Source of the DNA: an uncultured Oscillospiraceae bacterium
Lineage (GTDB): Bacteria > Bacillota > Clostridia > Oscillospirales > Ruminococcaceae
Length of the DNA stretch: 64,000 bases
Reading direction: 5' to 3'
Assembly: GCA_900542145.1 (NCBI GenBank)
Contig: UQMF01000002.1
Span: forward strand, 136,847-200,846
The translations under genes were made by a program, and so were the position numbers. Within the stretch, counting starts at the first letter, position 1, and each line of letters begins with the position of its first letter. Below, piece by piece: positions 9,601 through 16,567 of the stretch. The notes below the pieces were generated by a model. That model saw only the letters and a program-made list of their open reading frames with translations. It did not search any database and was not told the origin of the DNA.

Positions 9601-10094
9601 ACAACGGGCACTGGTGCGGATTCGCCGGACAGGATTTTCCGATGTCGCAGCGGCTTACCGGCGTGCACGACATCAGCGTTGTGATAAGCGACAGGATAAT
9701 TTTCGGCGGAATCGGGTTTATTCCGGTGCAGCGCGCGTATGATACCAACTGGGTCGGCGAGGCTGACAGCGTTTACGGCGATGACTACAGCATTACCGGC
9801 AGGAGCGTGACCGGAATCGGCAACAACGTTATCATCAACTACGAGGGTCTGGACTTCGGCGTTGCCGGCACGGACGAGCTTGTCATCAGCGGAGTCACCA
9901 GGAATCCGATGAACCAGATACAGCTGAGGTACACTCCGGAGGGCGGCTCCCAAAAGACCGTCCTGCTGGAATTCACCCAGGACGGCGGCAGGGAGCAGCG
10001 CTTCACGATTCCTGAGATAACCGGAGTCAACGATATCAGCTTTGTATTTATGCCTGGCTCGAGTTTTGATTTTGACTGGTTCAGATTCGAATGA
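6696..10094 (+). CDS. Glycoside hydrolase family 2 protein (beta-mannosidase/beta-galactosidase-like) with a long C-terminal extension
   Basis: 1132 aa. The N-terminal sugar-binding region, TIM-barrel region (IRTSHNMPARQLVQLCDEMGLLV, MWSIGNEINDT) and later WTGFDYIGEP segment are characteristic of GH2. No signal peptide. Confidence 0.8.
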   Translation: MTATNRLFNDGWQFCLCDIGTGISSLEGKRWYDVELPHDWLVNDTANLYKTGEGWYRRNLDCTAGMLSGRVLLNFDGVYMNSTVYVNGREAGSWTYGYSAFEFDITDFLREGSNEIMVRVQHEAPNTRWYSGAGIFRDVTLKLRPGTYIRTNGVYIHSDKQESGWNTEVETDVVGLAADIRMVMEVIDPYGNVAAAGSLEANFGGGEETFSTSFANSDPVLWDIDDPMLYTLRISLYSGEELLDCVSENFGYRTTEFSPDRGFLINGREVKMHGVCMHHDLGALGAAMNTSALTRQLRIMKEMGVNAIRTSHNMPARQLVQLCDEMGLLVDSEAFDMWEKPKTEMDNHRFFVEHAERDVRSWIERDRNHPCVIMWSIGNEINDTIDPHGLDITRRLYDYVQKYDPKGNAAATIGSNYMGDENAQKCSDVVKLAGYNYSEYLYDEHHAKYPDWFIYGSETASAVRSRGIYRFPADTPSLTGVDYQCSSLDNSVVGWGSSAMKSWRLDRDCGFCGGQFIWTGFDYIGEPTPYNTKNSYFGIVDTAGFPKDIYYFYQSVWLSPEQKKVLHIVPSCWDFTPGQAVDVIVYSNAHHVDLFLNGEHIGSHVMNLDTDAEMRAHFTVPFQPGVVRAVGAYEDGSEISEVLRTPADPAAVVLRADRDSLMADGRDIAFVEISAADVNGVEVGNARNRIKVEVSGAGRLVGLDNGDSTDYDSYKGDNRRLFSGKLLAMVESTLESGDIVVRAYSEGLEPAEITLRAEDCGSPEGVSVVSENGFPAAQTEYTREIPARRLVPVTDSSVFTPERPTGELRVKLFPEGCTYSDIKWSVVRRNGVESNLATVEWDGEKALVTAKGDGEFCVRAMVHNGAEHPQVIEDISFRAEGLGAAFKDAYGFISANTLDSSNVPTNMIEDGAISNFDGRTVMTYKDVDFGKTGSEIVSINIGACFDVPVEVWEGIPGEGTLLCSVKFGNNGHWCGFAGQDFPMSQRLTGVHDISVVISDRIIFGGIGFIPVQRAYDTNWVGEADSVYGDDYSITGRSVTGIGNNVIINYEGLDFGVAGTDELVISGVTRNPMNQIQLRYTPEGGSQKTVLLEFTQDGGREQRFTIPEITGVNDISFVFMPGSSFDFDWFRFE

Positions 10095-10153
10095 TCGCTC
10101 GCCAGCCATCTGCCTGGCTTGAAATTTGACTTTGACTGGTTCAGATTTGAAAG
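10051..10153 (+). repeat. Imperfect ~43-bp direct repeat with a 60-bp period, duplicating the last 14 codons of the GH2 gene
   Basis: Copy 1 at 10051-10093 is TGCCTGGCTCGAGTTTTGATTTTGACTGGTTCAGATTCGAATGA. Copy 2 at 10111-10153 is TGCCTGGCTTGAAATTTGACTTTGACTGGTTCAGATTTGAAAGA. Confidence 0.7.
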
Positions 10154-10254
10154 ACAGCTGTATATCAATTGAATAAAAGAACCGGATTCTGGGCAATTGT
10201 CCGGAGTCCGGCTTGCTGTAACCAAATTGTAAGAATATTGTAACCAAAATACCC

Positions 10255-10284
10255 TTGCATTCTAGTACAAGTCTGTTGTATAAT
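10255..10284 (+). promoter_or_regulatory. Candidate promoter TTGCAT-18-TATAAT
   Basis: Upstream of the NlpC/P60 gene. Confidence 0.35.
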
Positions 10285-10343
10285 AAACGCAGGACTAAAC
10301 TCTACGCAAACGGACAGTATATGACAGAAGGGACGGTGCCTTC

Positions 10344-10961
10344 ATGAAGAATAATATTATCCTTATACTTGTTGTTACAGTTATAAGCATTGCTGTGATT
10401 ATAATAAGCGTTACGGTCAGCCTTGGCGGTCATTCCGATGACAGCAGTTTAACGCAGACTTCGGAGGAAACCTCCGGTACTACGAGCCGTACAGAGCCTG
10501 TTACCGACCCGGTTGTGATAACCAGCGAACATGAGCCGCCCCAGTCGGAGTCCCCGGTGGAGCCGGAGGATACCGCTGAATCCGTGGAGCCTGCCGCGGA
10601 GGACATCATCGCGCTGGCGCGTTCCCTTATCGGGACGGATTTCGCGGACGGCGGTGAAACCCCTGCGTCCGGATTCGACAACAGCGGATTTATTTACTAC
10701 GTCCTCCGGGAGAACGGTTATATCACCTGCCCCAGAGGAGTTGCGGCGCAGTCACAGATGGGTGCTCCGAAGGAATACAGCGATCTCGCCCCGGGCGACC
10801 TTGTGTTCTTCTCCGAGGGGGATTCGGCGGAATTCGGCGGAATATACACAGGCGGCGGAGTGATGATCGCCTGCCTTATGCCCGGCACCCAGGTCCGGGA
10901 GGTTGATATCACCACGAGTTACTATTCCAGCCACTTCTTCTGTGGCGTTGGGATAATATAA
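10344..10961 (+). CDS. NlpC/P60 (C40) family cell-wall peptidase, membrane-anchored
   Basis: N-terminal transmembrane helix followed by a low-complexity Ser/Thr/Glu/Pro linker. The C-terminal NlpC/P60 domain has the Cys motif GFDNSGFIYYV and a downstream His region. Confidence 0.8.
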   Translation: MKNNIILILVVTVISIAVIIISVTVSLGGHSDDSSLTQTSEETSGTTSRTEPVTDPVVITSEHEPPQSESPVEPEDTAESVEPAAEDIIALARSLIGTDFADGGETPASGFDNSGFIYYVLRENGYITCPRGVAAQSQMGAPKEYSDLAPGDLVFFSEGDSAEFGGIYTGGGVMIACLMPGTQVREVDITTSYYSSHFFCGVGII

Positions 10962-10970
10962 CAGGGAACA

Positions 10971-11000
10971 GGAGCTGATTATTTCGGCTCCTTTTCTTTA
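10971..11000 (+). terminator. Rho-independent terminator
   Basis: Hairpin GGAGCTGATTATTTCGGCTCC followed by TTTTCTTT. Confidence 0.55.
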
Positions 11001-11058
11001 TGAAAAAATCGTGTTGTCTTTTGGGAAAATAATATCCGAAAAAAATATCGTTACCTAC

Positions 11059-11087
11059 TTGAAAACGTTTACAAAGTATGCTATAAT
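11059..11087 (+). promoter_or_regulatory. Sigma-A promoter TTGAAA-17-TATAAT
   Basis: Canonical hexamers with a 17-nt spacer, 61 nt upstream of the ATG at 11149. Confidence 0.5.
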
Positions 11088-11148
11088 AAACGCATAACAA
11101 TGTAATAACGCGCGTCAAGCGCTGATAAATCGAAAGGAATAACCACCA

Positions 11149-12594
11149 ATGGAACAGAAGATCTATTCAGTTGAAATGGGCGCTGCCAAGTGCGCCGTAG
11201 ACCTCGGCGACGGAAGCGAGCGCGGCGAGTACGTTAACCAGGATTATATCCTGCACAAGATGGGCAGACCGCACCGCGCAATCAGCCTGATGTACTGCTA
11301 CTACCCCCTGGACAAGACCTGGCCCGTCCGCGCCCGTGACGCATTCGCAGACCAGGAAGTAAGCTTCCAGTGGGATTACCCCTATGATGATTATTTCACC
11401 TATAAGGGCGGAATCGGCGGAACCACCGACGGCGAGCCTTTCACCTGCATGAAGGACGTGCGCCGCCACGGTCAGGACGTTATCATCACCCTTACCGTTG
11501 ATCCGAACCTCACCGACGAGTACCTCATAAAGATCGCACAGGAACTGCGTACCTACGGCAGAATGCAGCTGCGTATCAACCACGAGGCTACCGGCAACTG
11601 GTTCAGCTTCACCAAGCGCGCTACATACCAGCAGATCGCGGATTTCTATGTTCGCTTCCACAATATCATAAAGAAGGAAGCCCCGAACGTGTCCACTATC
11701 CTCTGCATAGGCGGTGTGGAGCACCCCGAAAAGGGCGGCGAGATCGAGATGGAGAAGGAGTTTGCAGACGCAGTACGCGCTACGGATATTTGGTCTGTGG
11801 ACAAGTACATGAGCCTTCACTGGGGCTGGCCCTATGACGTCGCTGATGTAGGCGGCAACAGCTTCAGCAGAAGCAAGGTGGCTGATACCTATAATCTGAC
11901 GAAGCTTTCCCAGAAGCGCTACAAGGAGCTTTGCGGCGGTGTCCAGAAGCCGATGGTAATGAGCGAGTTCAACGCGGACGGCGACGTTACCGGTCCCTAC
12001 GACCAGGCGGCTATGATCAGGGAATTCTGCGACATGCTGAAGAACGACCCCGAGCAGGGCTGGTTCAGCGGATTCACATTCTACCAGTTCCGCGACCGCG
12101 GCAGACTGGGACTTGAGATCGAGGACCCGAACAATCCCGACGTGGGAATCGAGCAGCCTGCTCTCCAGACCTACAAGGAGATTATCCACGATGATTATTT
12201 CTACCCGGCAGTAAAGCAGGGTGCGGAGATCGCGCTGCCTGCAAAACTCCGCTGGGGCGGCAGCGAGGACGCGACCGGTATTGCGATCCCTCTGCACTTC
12301 GACAAGAGTCCTGTATTCTGCGAGGCAACATTTGACGAGCCGCTGAACCTCATGATGGAGATCAACGGCAAGTGGTTCTACAAGAGCCCCGAGGCAAAGA
12401 CCATCGACTTCATGCCGGCATTCTTCGAGAAGCCCCTGGACGGCGCGGCTGACCTTACACTGAAGATATTCGCACCTCCTGCTTCCGGTGAAAACGATCC
12501 TTCCCAGGGCGAGGACTGGCAGACAAACTACTACACTACCATCAACAAGCTGCCGAACATCAGAATCAGATTCGCCCCTATCATTGAGGGCTGA
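11149..12594 (+). CDS. Clan GH-A glycoside hydrolase, GH26/GH113-like putative beta-mannanase, cytoplasmic
   Basis: 481 aa. The RINHEATGNWF motif parallels the GH26 acid/base motif (RxxHExxGxWFWWG), which is present in canonical form in the neighbouring GH26. VMSEFN is a candidate nucleophile strand. No signal peptide. Confidence 0.55.
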   Translation: MEQKIYSVEMGAAKCAVDLGDGSERGEYVNQDYILHKMGRPHRAISLMYCYYPLDKTWPVRARDAFADQEVSFQWDYPYDDYFTYKGGIGGTTDGEPFTCMKDVRRHGQDVIITLTVDPNLTDEYLIKIAQELRTYGRMQLRINHEATGNWFSFTKRATYQQIADFYVRFHNIIKKEAPNVSTILCIGGVEHPEKGGEIEMEKEFADAVRATDIWSVDKYMSLHWGWPYDVADVGGNSFSRSKVADTYNLTKLSQKRYKELCGGVQKPMVMSEFNADGDVTGPYDQAAMIREFCDMLKNDPEQGWFSGFTFYQFRDRGRLGLEIEDPNNPDVGIEQPALQTYKEIIHDDYFYPAVKQGAEIALPAKLRWGGSEDATGIAIPLHFDKSPVFCEATFDEPLNLMMEINGKWFYKSPEAKTIDFMPAFFEKPLDGAADLTLKIFAPPASGENDPSQGEDWQTNYYTTINKLPNIRIRFAPIIEG

Positions 12595-12603
12595 TAAAGC
12601 AAA

Positions 12604-12637
12604 ATACAGGGACGGAAATCCGCCCCTGTACTGTTTT
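12604..12637. terminator. Bidirectional terminator between convergent genes
   Basis: Hairpin ACAGGGACGG-AAAT-CCGCCCCTGT with T-rich flanks on both strands. Confidence 0.5.
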
Positions 12638-12644
12638 AATGGTT

Positions 12645-13502
12645 TCAGATGGTTCCGGTGACGGTGAGTATGCCGACAGAGGGAGTTATCTCGACTGCGC
12701 CGTTGGTTTCGTTCCGGGAGTATTCCGCCGCCGGGACGGTTATTGTGCCAGCAGTGGTTGCAAATGCGCCGGTTTCCGCATTGTAGGTGTAGTCTCTGCC
12801 CAGCGTCAGCGGAGTGCCGTTGTACGCGGCAGTAAGACCGTTCAGCACCGGCGTGAAGATATCCTCGACGATTGCGCCGAGCGCCCCGTCCGCCGCTGAG
12901 TTTCCGGTATTCTGGATAACAAAGGTATAGGTCACCTGTCCGTTTGCGCTTACTGTTGACGGATTTATTGCCTTGCTTATCGACAACTGTGCGCCGGTTC
13001 TTGTGGTGACAGTTTCTTCGGCGGTGAGAGTCTCTGCGACACCGGGACCGGTGAGCGAAGCGGTGTTTGTTACCACAGCTCCGGCGTCAAGCGGTGCATA
13101 GATATTCGGCCGAGTTTCGTATATCAGTATCGCGTTGCCGCCAGCCGGGACGTTTATCCCGGTTATTGTGATGTCGTTTCCGGCGGTCACAGTAAGGGCA
13201 GGCTGCAACGCTCCGTTGACATAGTATCTCATGGAGCCTTCGATATACGTCAGGGGAATCAGCCGGGTCTGTTCGTTGTACTGGTAAGCGCCGAGGTTAT
13301 CGGTCAGAGTCAGCCCGGTGTATGCCGTTTCACTGTTATTGGTGATTCCGATGACGTAAGTTGTGTTCTCATCGGTGGAATATTCCTCGCGGACTGCTGT
13401 CTTTGTGATGTCCAGCGCCTGAACAAGATTTCCCACAACGATGTTGGAATTGGTCACCGTGTTATTATATCTCAGGGTAGCCTGATTAGTAAATTCTGCC
13501 AT
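12645..13502 (-). CDS. DUF11/conserved-repeat-domain protein (Thr/Asn/Gly-rich beta-repeat)
   Basis: About 286 aa. The start was moved to ATG 13502 (MAEFTNQATLRYNN), which has an AGGAGG 6 nt upstream. The repeated beta-strand-like TGxxxYTxxIxNTG segments are typical of DUF11 surface/spore-associated repeats. No signal peptide. Confidence 0.5.
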   Translation of the reverse strand: MAEFTNQATLRYNNTVTNSNIVVGNLVQALDITKTAVREEYSTDENTTYVIGITNNSETAYTGLTLTDNLGAYQYNEQTRLIPLTYIEGSMRYYVNGALQPALTVTAGNDITITGINVPAGGNAILIYETRPNIYAPLDAGAVVTNTASLTGPGVAETLTAEETVTTRTGAQLSISKAINPSTVSANGQVTYTFVIQNTGNSAADGALGAIVEDIFTPVLNGLTAAYNGTPLTLGRDYTYNAETGAFATTAGTITVPAAEYSRNETNGAVEITPSVGILTVTGTI

Positions 13503-13747
13503 AAATGCCTCCTGTATTATTCTGAATTTTCGGGATTTTTCCTCCCGTTTATCATATGAATTCCGGCATGTTATGGTGCCTGTAATTACCGCTTCTTTTT
13601 CGGTGCGGACTGCATAGAATAAGCCTGTACCGGCGTTTACTGATATGTAAAAAAAGCATGACGTTCCCACGCTGCTTTCACGCGGATTTCACATATGTAC
13701 TGTATACTGTCCAAAGCCGCGAGGGAATATGCTTTTGGAGGAAAACT

Positions 13748-14908
13748 ATGACAAACTATAAAACTGACTTTGAAGCTCTGAGAAAGCAGCTGTCTGCGAA
13801 GCCGGTGGATCCGGAAAAACTGATAACCCCGGATCCGACGCCGAACACCCAGCGCCTGTGGGAATACCTCAAAAGCTGCTACGGTAAGAAGTTCATCTCC
13901 GGTCAGCAGTATCTTTGGGAGGACGAGAAAGAGGATCTTGTTTATTGGAACACCACAGGAAAGATCCCGGCGATACGCGGCTACGACTTCATGGGAATCA
14001 GCGGACTTGCCCGGGGATACGACCAGCTTGGCAGAGCGCTGGACTGGGCGCGCCGCACCGGAGGAATACTCACCATGTGCTGGCACTGGAACGCTCCGGA
14101 CGACATGGAGGATATCGCGAAGGAATGCTCGTTCTATTACAAGACGACGAACTACGACCACAAAACGGGATTTGACATAGTGCGCGCCATGCATGAGGGA
14201 ACTCCGGAGCATGATTTCGTGATCTATGAGATAGACCTGGTGGCAAGCGCGCTTAAAATGTTCGAACAGGCGGATATCCCGGTGCTGTGGCGGCCGCTGC
14301 ATGAAGCGGCAGGGAACTGGTTCTGGTGGGGAAACCGCGCCGAGGCAGGCAAACAGGATCCCGAGAGCGTGGAGGCATACAAGAAGCTGTGGTACACTAT
14401 CTTCGACAGATTCATGAACCTGCATAAGCTGCGGAATCTGATATGGGTGTGGAACGGTCAGGCGCCGTTCATGGCGGTGGATCCGAACACTTTTGACATA
14501 GCCGGCGAGGATATCTATGATGAGATACCGAATCACGGCTCCCAGCTGGAGCGCTTCCGGGGCGTAAGCAGCTACACCCATGGCAAGATGATAACCCTGT
14601 CCGAGTGCGGAAGCATTCCGGAGCCGGACGAAATGCTGAGGGACGGCGCCACATGGCTGTGGTGGCTGCCCTGGTGGGGAAGCTTCGTGTACGACACGGA
14701 CGATAAGTGGCACGCTGTCCTGGACGATAACGGGATGCCGCGCCCCAATCCGAAGTACATGGACGAAGCGTTCATGAAGCGTATCTTTGCAGATCCCCGG
14801 GTGGTCACTCTGGAGGATCTGCCCTGGTACGATAAGCAAAAAAAGCCGCTGCCCTACGCTCTGCATCAGCGGCTGAGAAAGAAATATGGAAAGGAAACAG
14901 GAATATGA
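13748..14908 (+). CDS. GH26 family mannan endo-1,4-beta-mannosidase (no signal peptide)
   Basis: Canonical GH26 catalytic acid motif WRPLHEAAGNWFWWG and nucleophile region ITLSECG. The start at 13748 (MTNYKTD) has a GGAGG ribosome-binding site. Confidence 0.8.
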   Translation: MTNYKTDFEALRKQLSAKPVDPEKLITPDPTPNTQRLWEYLKSCYGKKFISGQQYLWEDEKEDLVYWNTTGKIPAIRGYDFMGISGLARGYDQLGRALDWARRTGGILTMCWHWNAPDDMEDIAKECSFYYKTTNYDHKTGFDIVRAMHEGTPEHDFVIYEIDLVASALKMFEQADIPVLWRPLHEAAGNWFWWGNRAEAGKQDPESVEAYKKLWYTIFDRFMNLHKLRNLIWVWNGQAPFMAVDPNTFDIAGEDIYDEIPNHGSQLERFRGVSSYTHGKMITLSECGSIPEPDEMLRDGATWLWWLPWWGSFVYDTDDKWHAVLDDNGMPRPNPKYMDEAFMKRIFADPRVVTLEDLPWYDKQKKPLPYALHQRLRKKYGKETGI

Positions 14909-15609
14909 AAAAGTTTTTAGCAACAATGGCTGCCCTGGCAGTTGTAACAGCGGCTTTCACAGGCTGCTCCAACAATAACACGGATTCCAACAGCTCTGCG
15001 GCGAACAGCAGTTCTGCGGCGGAGAGCGGCGCGGCTTCCGATAGCAGCGCTGTAGATTCTGCTCCGGAAACAGTACGCACCGCGAAGGATATCACAAATG
15101 CAGTGTTTGAGAGCGTTGACTGGGTGTCCTCTGAGGAGATCACTGACGCTGAGCTTGCAGATACCATGATAGGACTGGATCTCAGTCTGGTGGAGGACTA
15201 CTCGATATTTGTTCCGATGATGAGCGTTCATCTTGACGAACTCGTTGTCGTTAAGCCCAAGGCAGGCAGCGAATCCAAGGTGGAGGAGCAGCTTTCCGCT
15301 CACCTCGACTATATCAAGGACGGCGCGGCGTTCTATCCTGAACAGGAGATCGCGGCGGCTGGTGCAGTTATGGGAAAGACAGACGATGGATTCTACTATG
15401 TGGTTGTACACCAGGTAGGTTCTGAAATCGCAGAAGTGATCAAGAACTACAAGCCCGGCGATGAGATCACCAAGATCGATGTTCCGGAGATTGACGGCGA
15501 TGGCGTTACCGTCGTTCCTACGGACGAGTTAAACGGCGACGCAGACAACAATGCTCCTGCCGTAATGCCCGGAGATACTCCGGTTGATGATGGAGTAGCT
15601 GTATCCTGA
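14905..15609 (+). CDS. Lipoprotein of unknown function (DUF4358-like)
   Basis: Signal peptide with lipobox AAFTGC. Ser/Asn-rich linker. ATGA overlap with the GH26 gene. Confidence 0.6.
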   Translation: MKKFLATMAALAVVTAAFTGCSNNNTDSNSSAANSSSAAESGAASDSSAVDSAPETVRTAKDITNAVFESVDWVSSEEITDAELADTMIGLDLSLVEDYSIFVPMMSVHLDELVVVKPKAGSESKVEEQLSAHLDYIKDGAAFYPEQEIAAAGAVMGKTDDGFYYVVVHQVGSEIAEVIKNYKPGDEITKIDVPEIDGDGVTVVPTDELNGDADNNAPAVMPGDTPVDDGVAVS

Positions 15610-15626
15610 TAAAATCCGATATGCGA

Positions 15627-15656
15627 ACTCCCACCTTTGCTGGTGGGAGTTTTTTG
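15627..15656 (+). terminator. Rho-independent terminator
   Basis: Hairpin ACTCCCACC-TTTGC-TGGTGGGAGT followed by TTTTTTG. Confidence 0.65.
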
Positions 15657-15884
15657 CTGGTGTTGTGAAATCTGTGAAAACCTCCTGCGTGAAGAATACC
15701 AGTTTTGCCGGAGCAACTGCGCACAGTGTTGAGGACTGCCAAAATGACCATACCCGCCGCCGGAATCCGTGGCGGATTTTACAAAGGTAATGCGGCTGGT
15801 ATTATATTTTGTGCCGATTCTGACACTGGAAATATATTCAGTTCTGTAGTAGAATATAAGCAAATAAAAATGGAGGCAGCCATT
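15657..15884 (+). promoter_or_regulatory. About 230-nt structured leader upstream of the ECF S-component, possible riboswitch or attenuator
   Basis: Long untranslated region. It contains GTGAAAACCTCC and GCCGGAGCAACTG...GAGGACTGCC segments that loosely resemble cobalamin-riboswitch core and B12-box elements. A hairpin CCGCCGCCGGAATCCGTGGCGG followed by ATTTT precedes the ribosome-binding site. Confidence 0.3.
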
Positions 15885-16442
15885 ATGGAACTGAACAAAA
15901 AGAACACAAAGGACAGACTTCTCAAGATATGCGTTGCGGCGATGTTCACCGCACTGATATGCGTAGCGACTATGATCATACAGATTCCGTCGCCGCTGAA
16001 CGGATTCGTGAATTTCGGTGATTGCTTCATTCTTATTGCGGCGTGGGTACTCGGTCCGTGGTACGGATTTGCCGCAGGTGGAATCGGCTCCGCGCTCGCT
16101 GACCTTTTCAGCGGATATATGCACTATGTTCCCGGAACTTTCGTGATCAAGGGACTCATCGCGGTTGCGGCGGCTCTTATCTGCCGTGCGCTTCTCAAGA
16201 GATTCACCAAGTTCCCGATCGTGGCTTATGTAGCCGGCGCGCTCGTTGGCGAGATCATCATGGTAGGCGGATATTACGTTTATGCGGCGCTTCTGCTCGG
16301 CAAGAGCTTTGAAGGCGCCCTTGCAAGCGTTCCCGGCAACCTTGTCCAGGGAGCTTTCGGTCTGGTGATCAGCGTTATCGTGATCAGGGTCATTGCCAGA
16401 ACAAAGGTGCTCAATAAATTTGACGTGTACGCGGTGCAGTAA
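15885..16442 (+). CDS. ECF transporter S component, substrate unknown
   Basis: 185 aa with about 5-6 transmembrane helices. Small and Gly-rich (GPWYGFAAGGIGSALADL). No adjacent EcfA/T genes, so it is a group II solitary S component. Start at 15885 with a GGAGG 8 nt upstream. Confidence 0.7.
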   Translation: MELNKKNTKDRLLKICVAAMFTALICVATMIIQIPSPLNGFVNFGDCFILIAAWVLGPWYGFAAGGIGSALADLFSGYMHYVPGTFVIKGLIAVAAALICRALLKRFTKFPIVAYVAGALVGEIIMVGGYYVYAALLLGKSFEGALASVPGNLVQGAFGLVISVIVIRVIARTKVLNKFDVYAVQ

Positions 16443-16456
16443 CAGTTGAATGCGAT

Positions 16457-16490
16457 AAAAAGGCGGAAAGCAATTTTCGCCTTTTTGTGT
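16457..16490 (+). terminator. Rho-independent terminator
   Basis: Hairpin AAAGGCG...CGCCTTT followed by TTGTGTT. Confidence 0.5.
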
Positions 16491-16497
16491 TATCCCT

Positions 16498-16526
16498 TGA
16501 CAAATCCTGCCGGAACCGCTAAAATA
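16498..16526 (+). promoter_or_regulatory. Sigma-A promoter TTGACA-17-TAAAAT
   Basis: Upstream of the GH5 lipoprotein gene. Confidence 0.5.
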
Positions 16527-16567
16527 GTAATCAGGCACACTACCAATAATCTATGAGAGGGATCTGT

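Noticed and set aside
8088-10247. 719-aa - strand ORF inside the GH2 gene
   Set aside because: Antisense to a gene with clear GH2 motifs. No ribosome-binding site and an Arg/Ala-rich composition.
11167-12297. 376-aa - strand ORF opposite the GH26-like gene, and similar ORFs at 15447-16538, 36092-37078, 53030-53935, 58506-59693, 61046-62188 and 62852-63898
   Set aside because: All overlap confidently assigned genes on the other strand and lack ribosome-binding sites and motifs.
13637-14926. 429-aa - strand ORF opposite the GH26 mannanase
   Set aside because: The + strand gene carries the canonical GH26 catalytic motif. The antisense ORF has no motifs and no start context.
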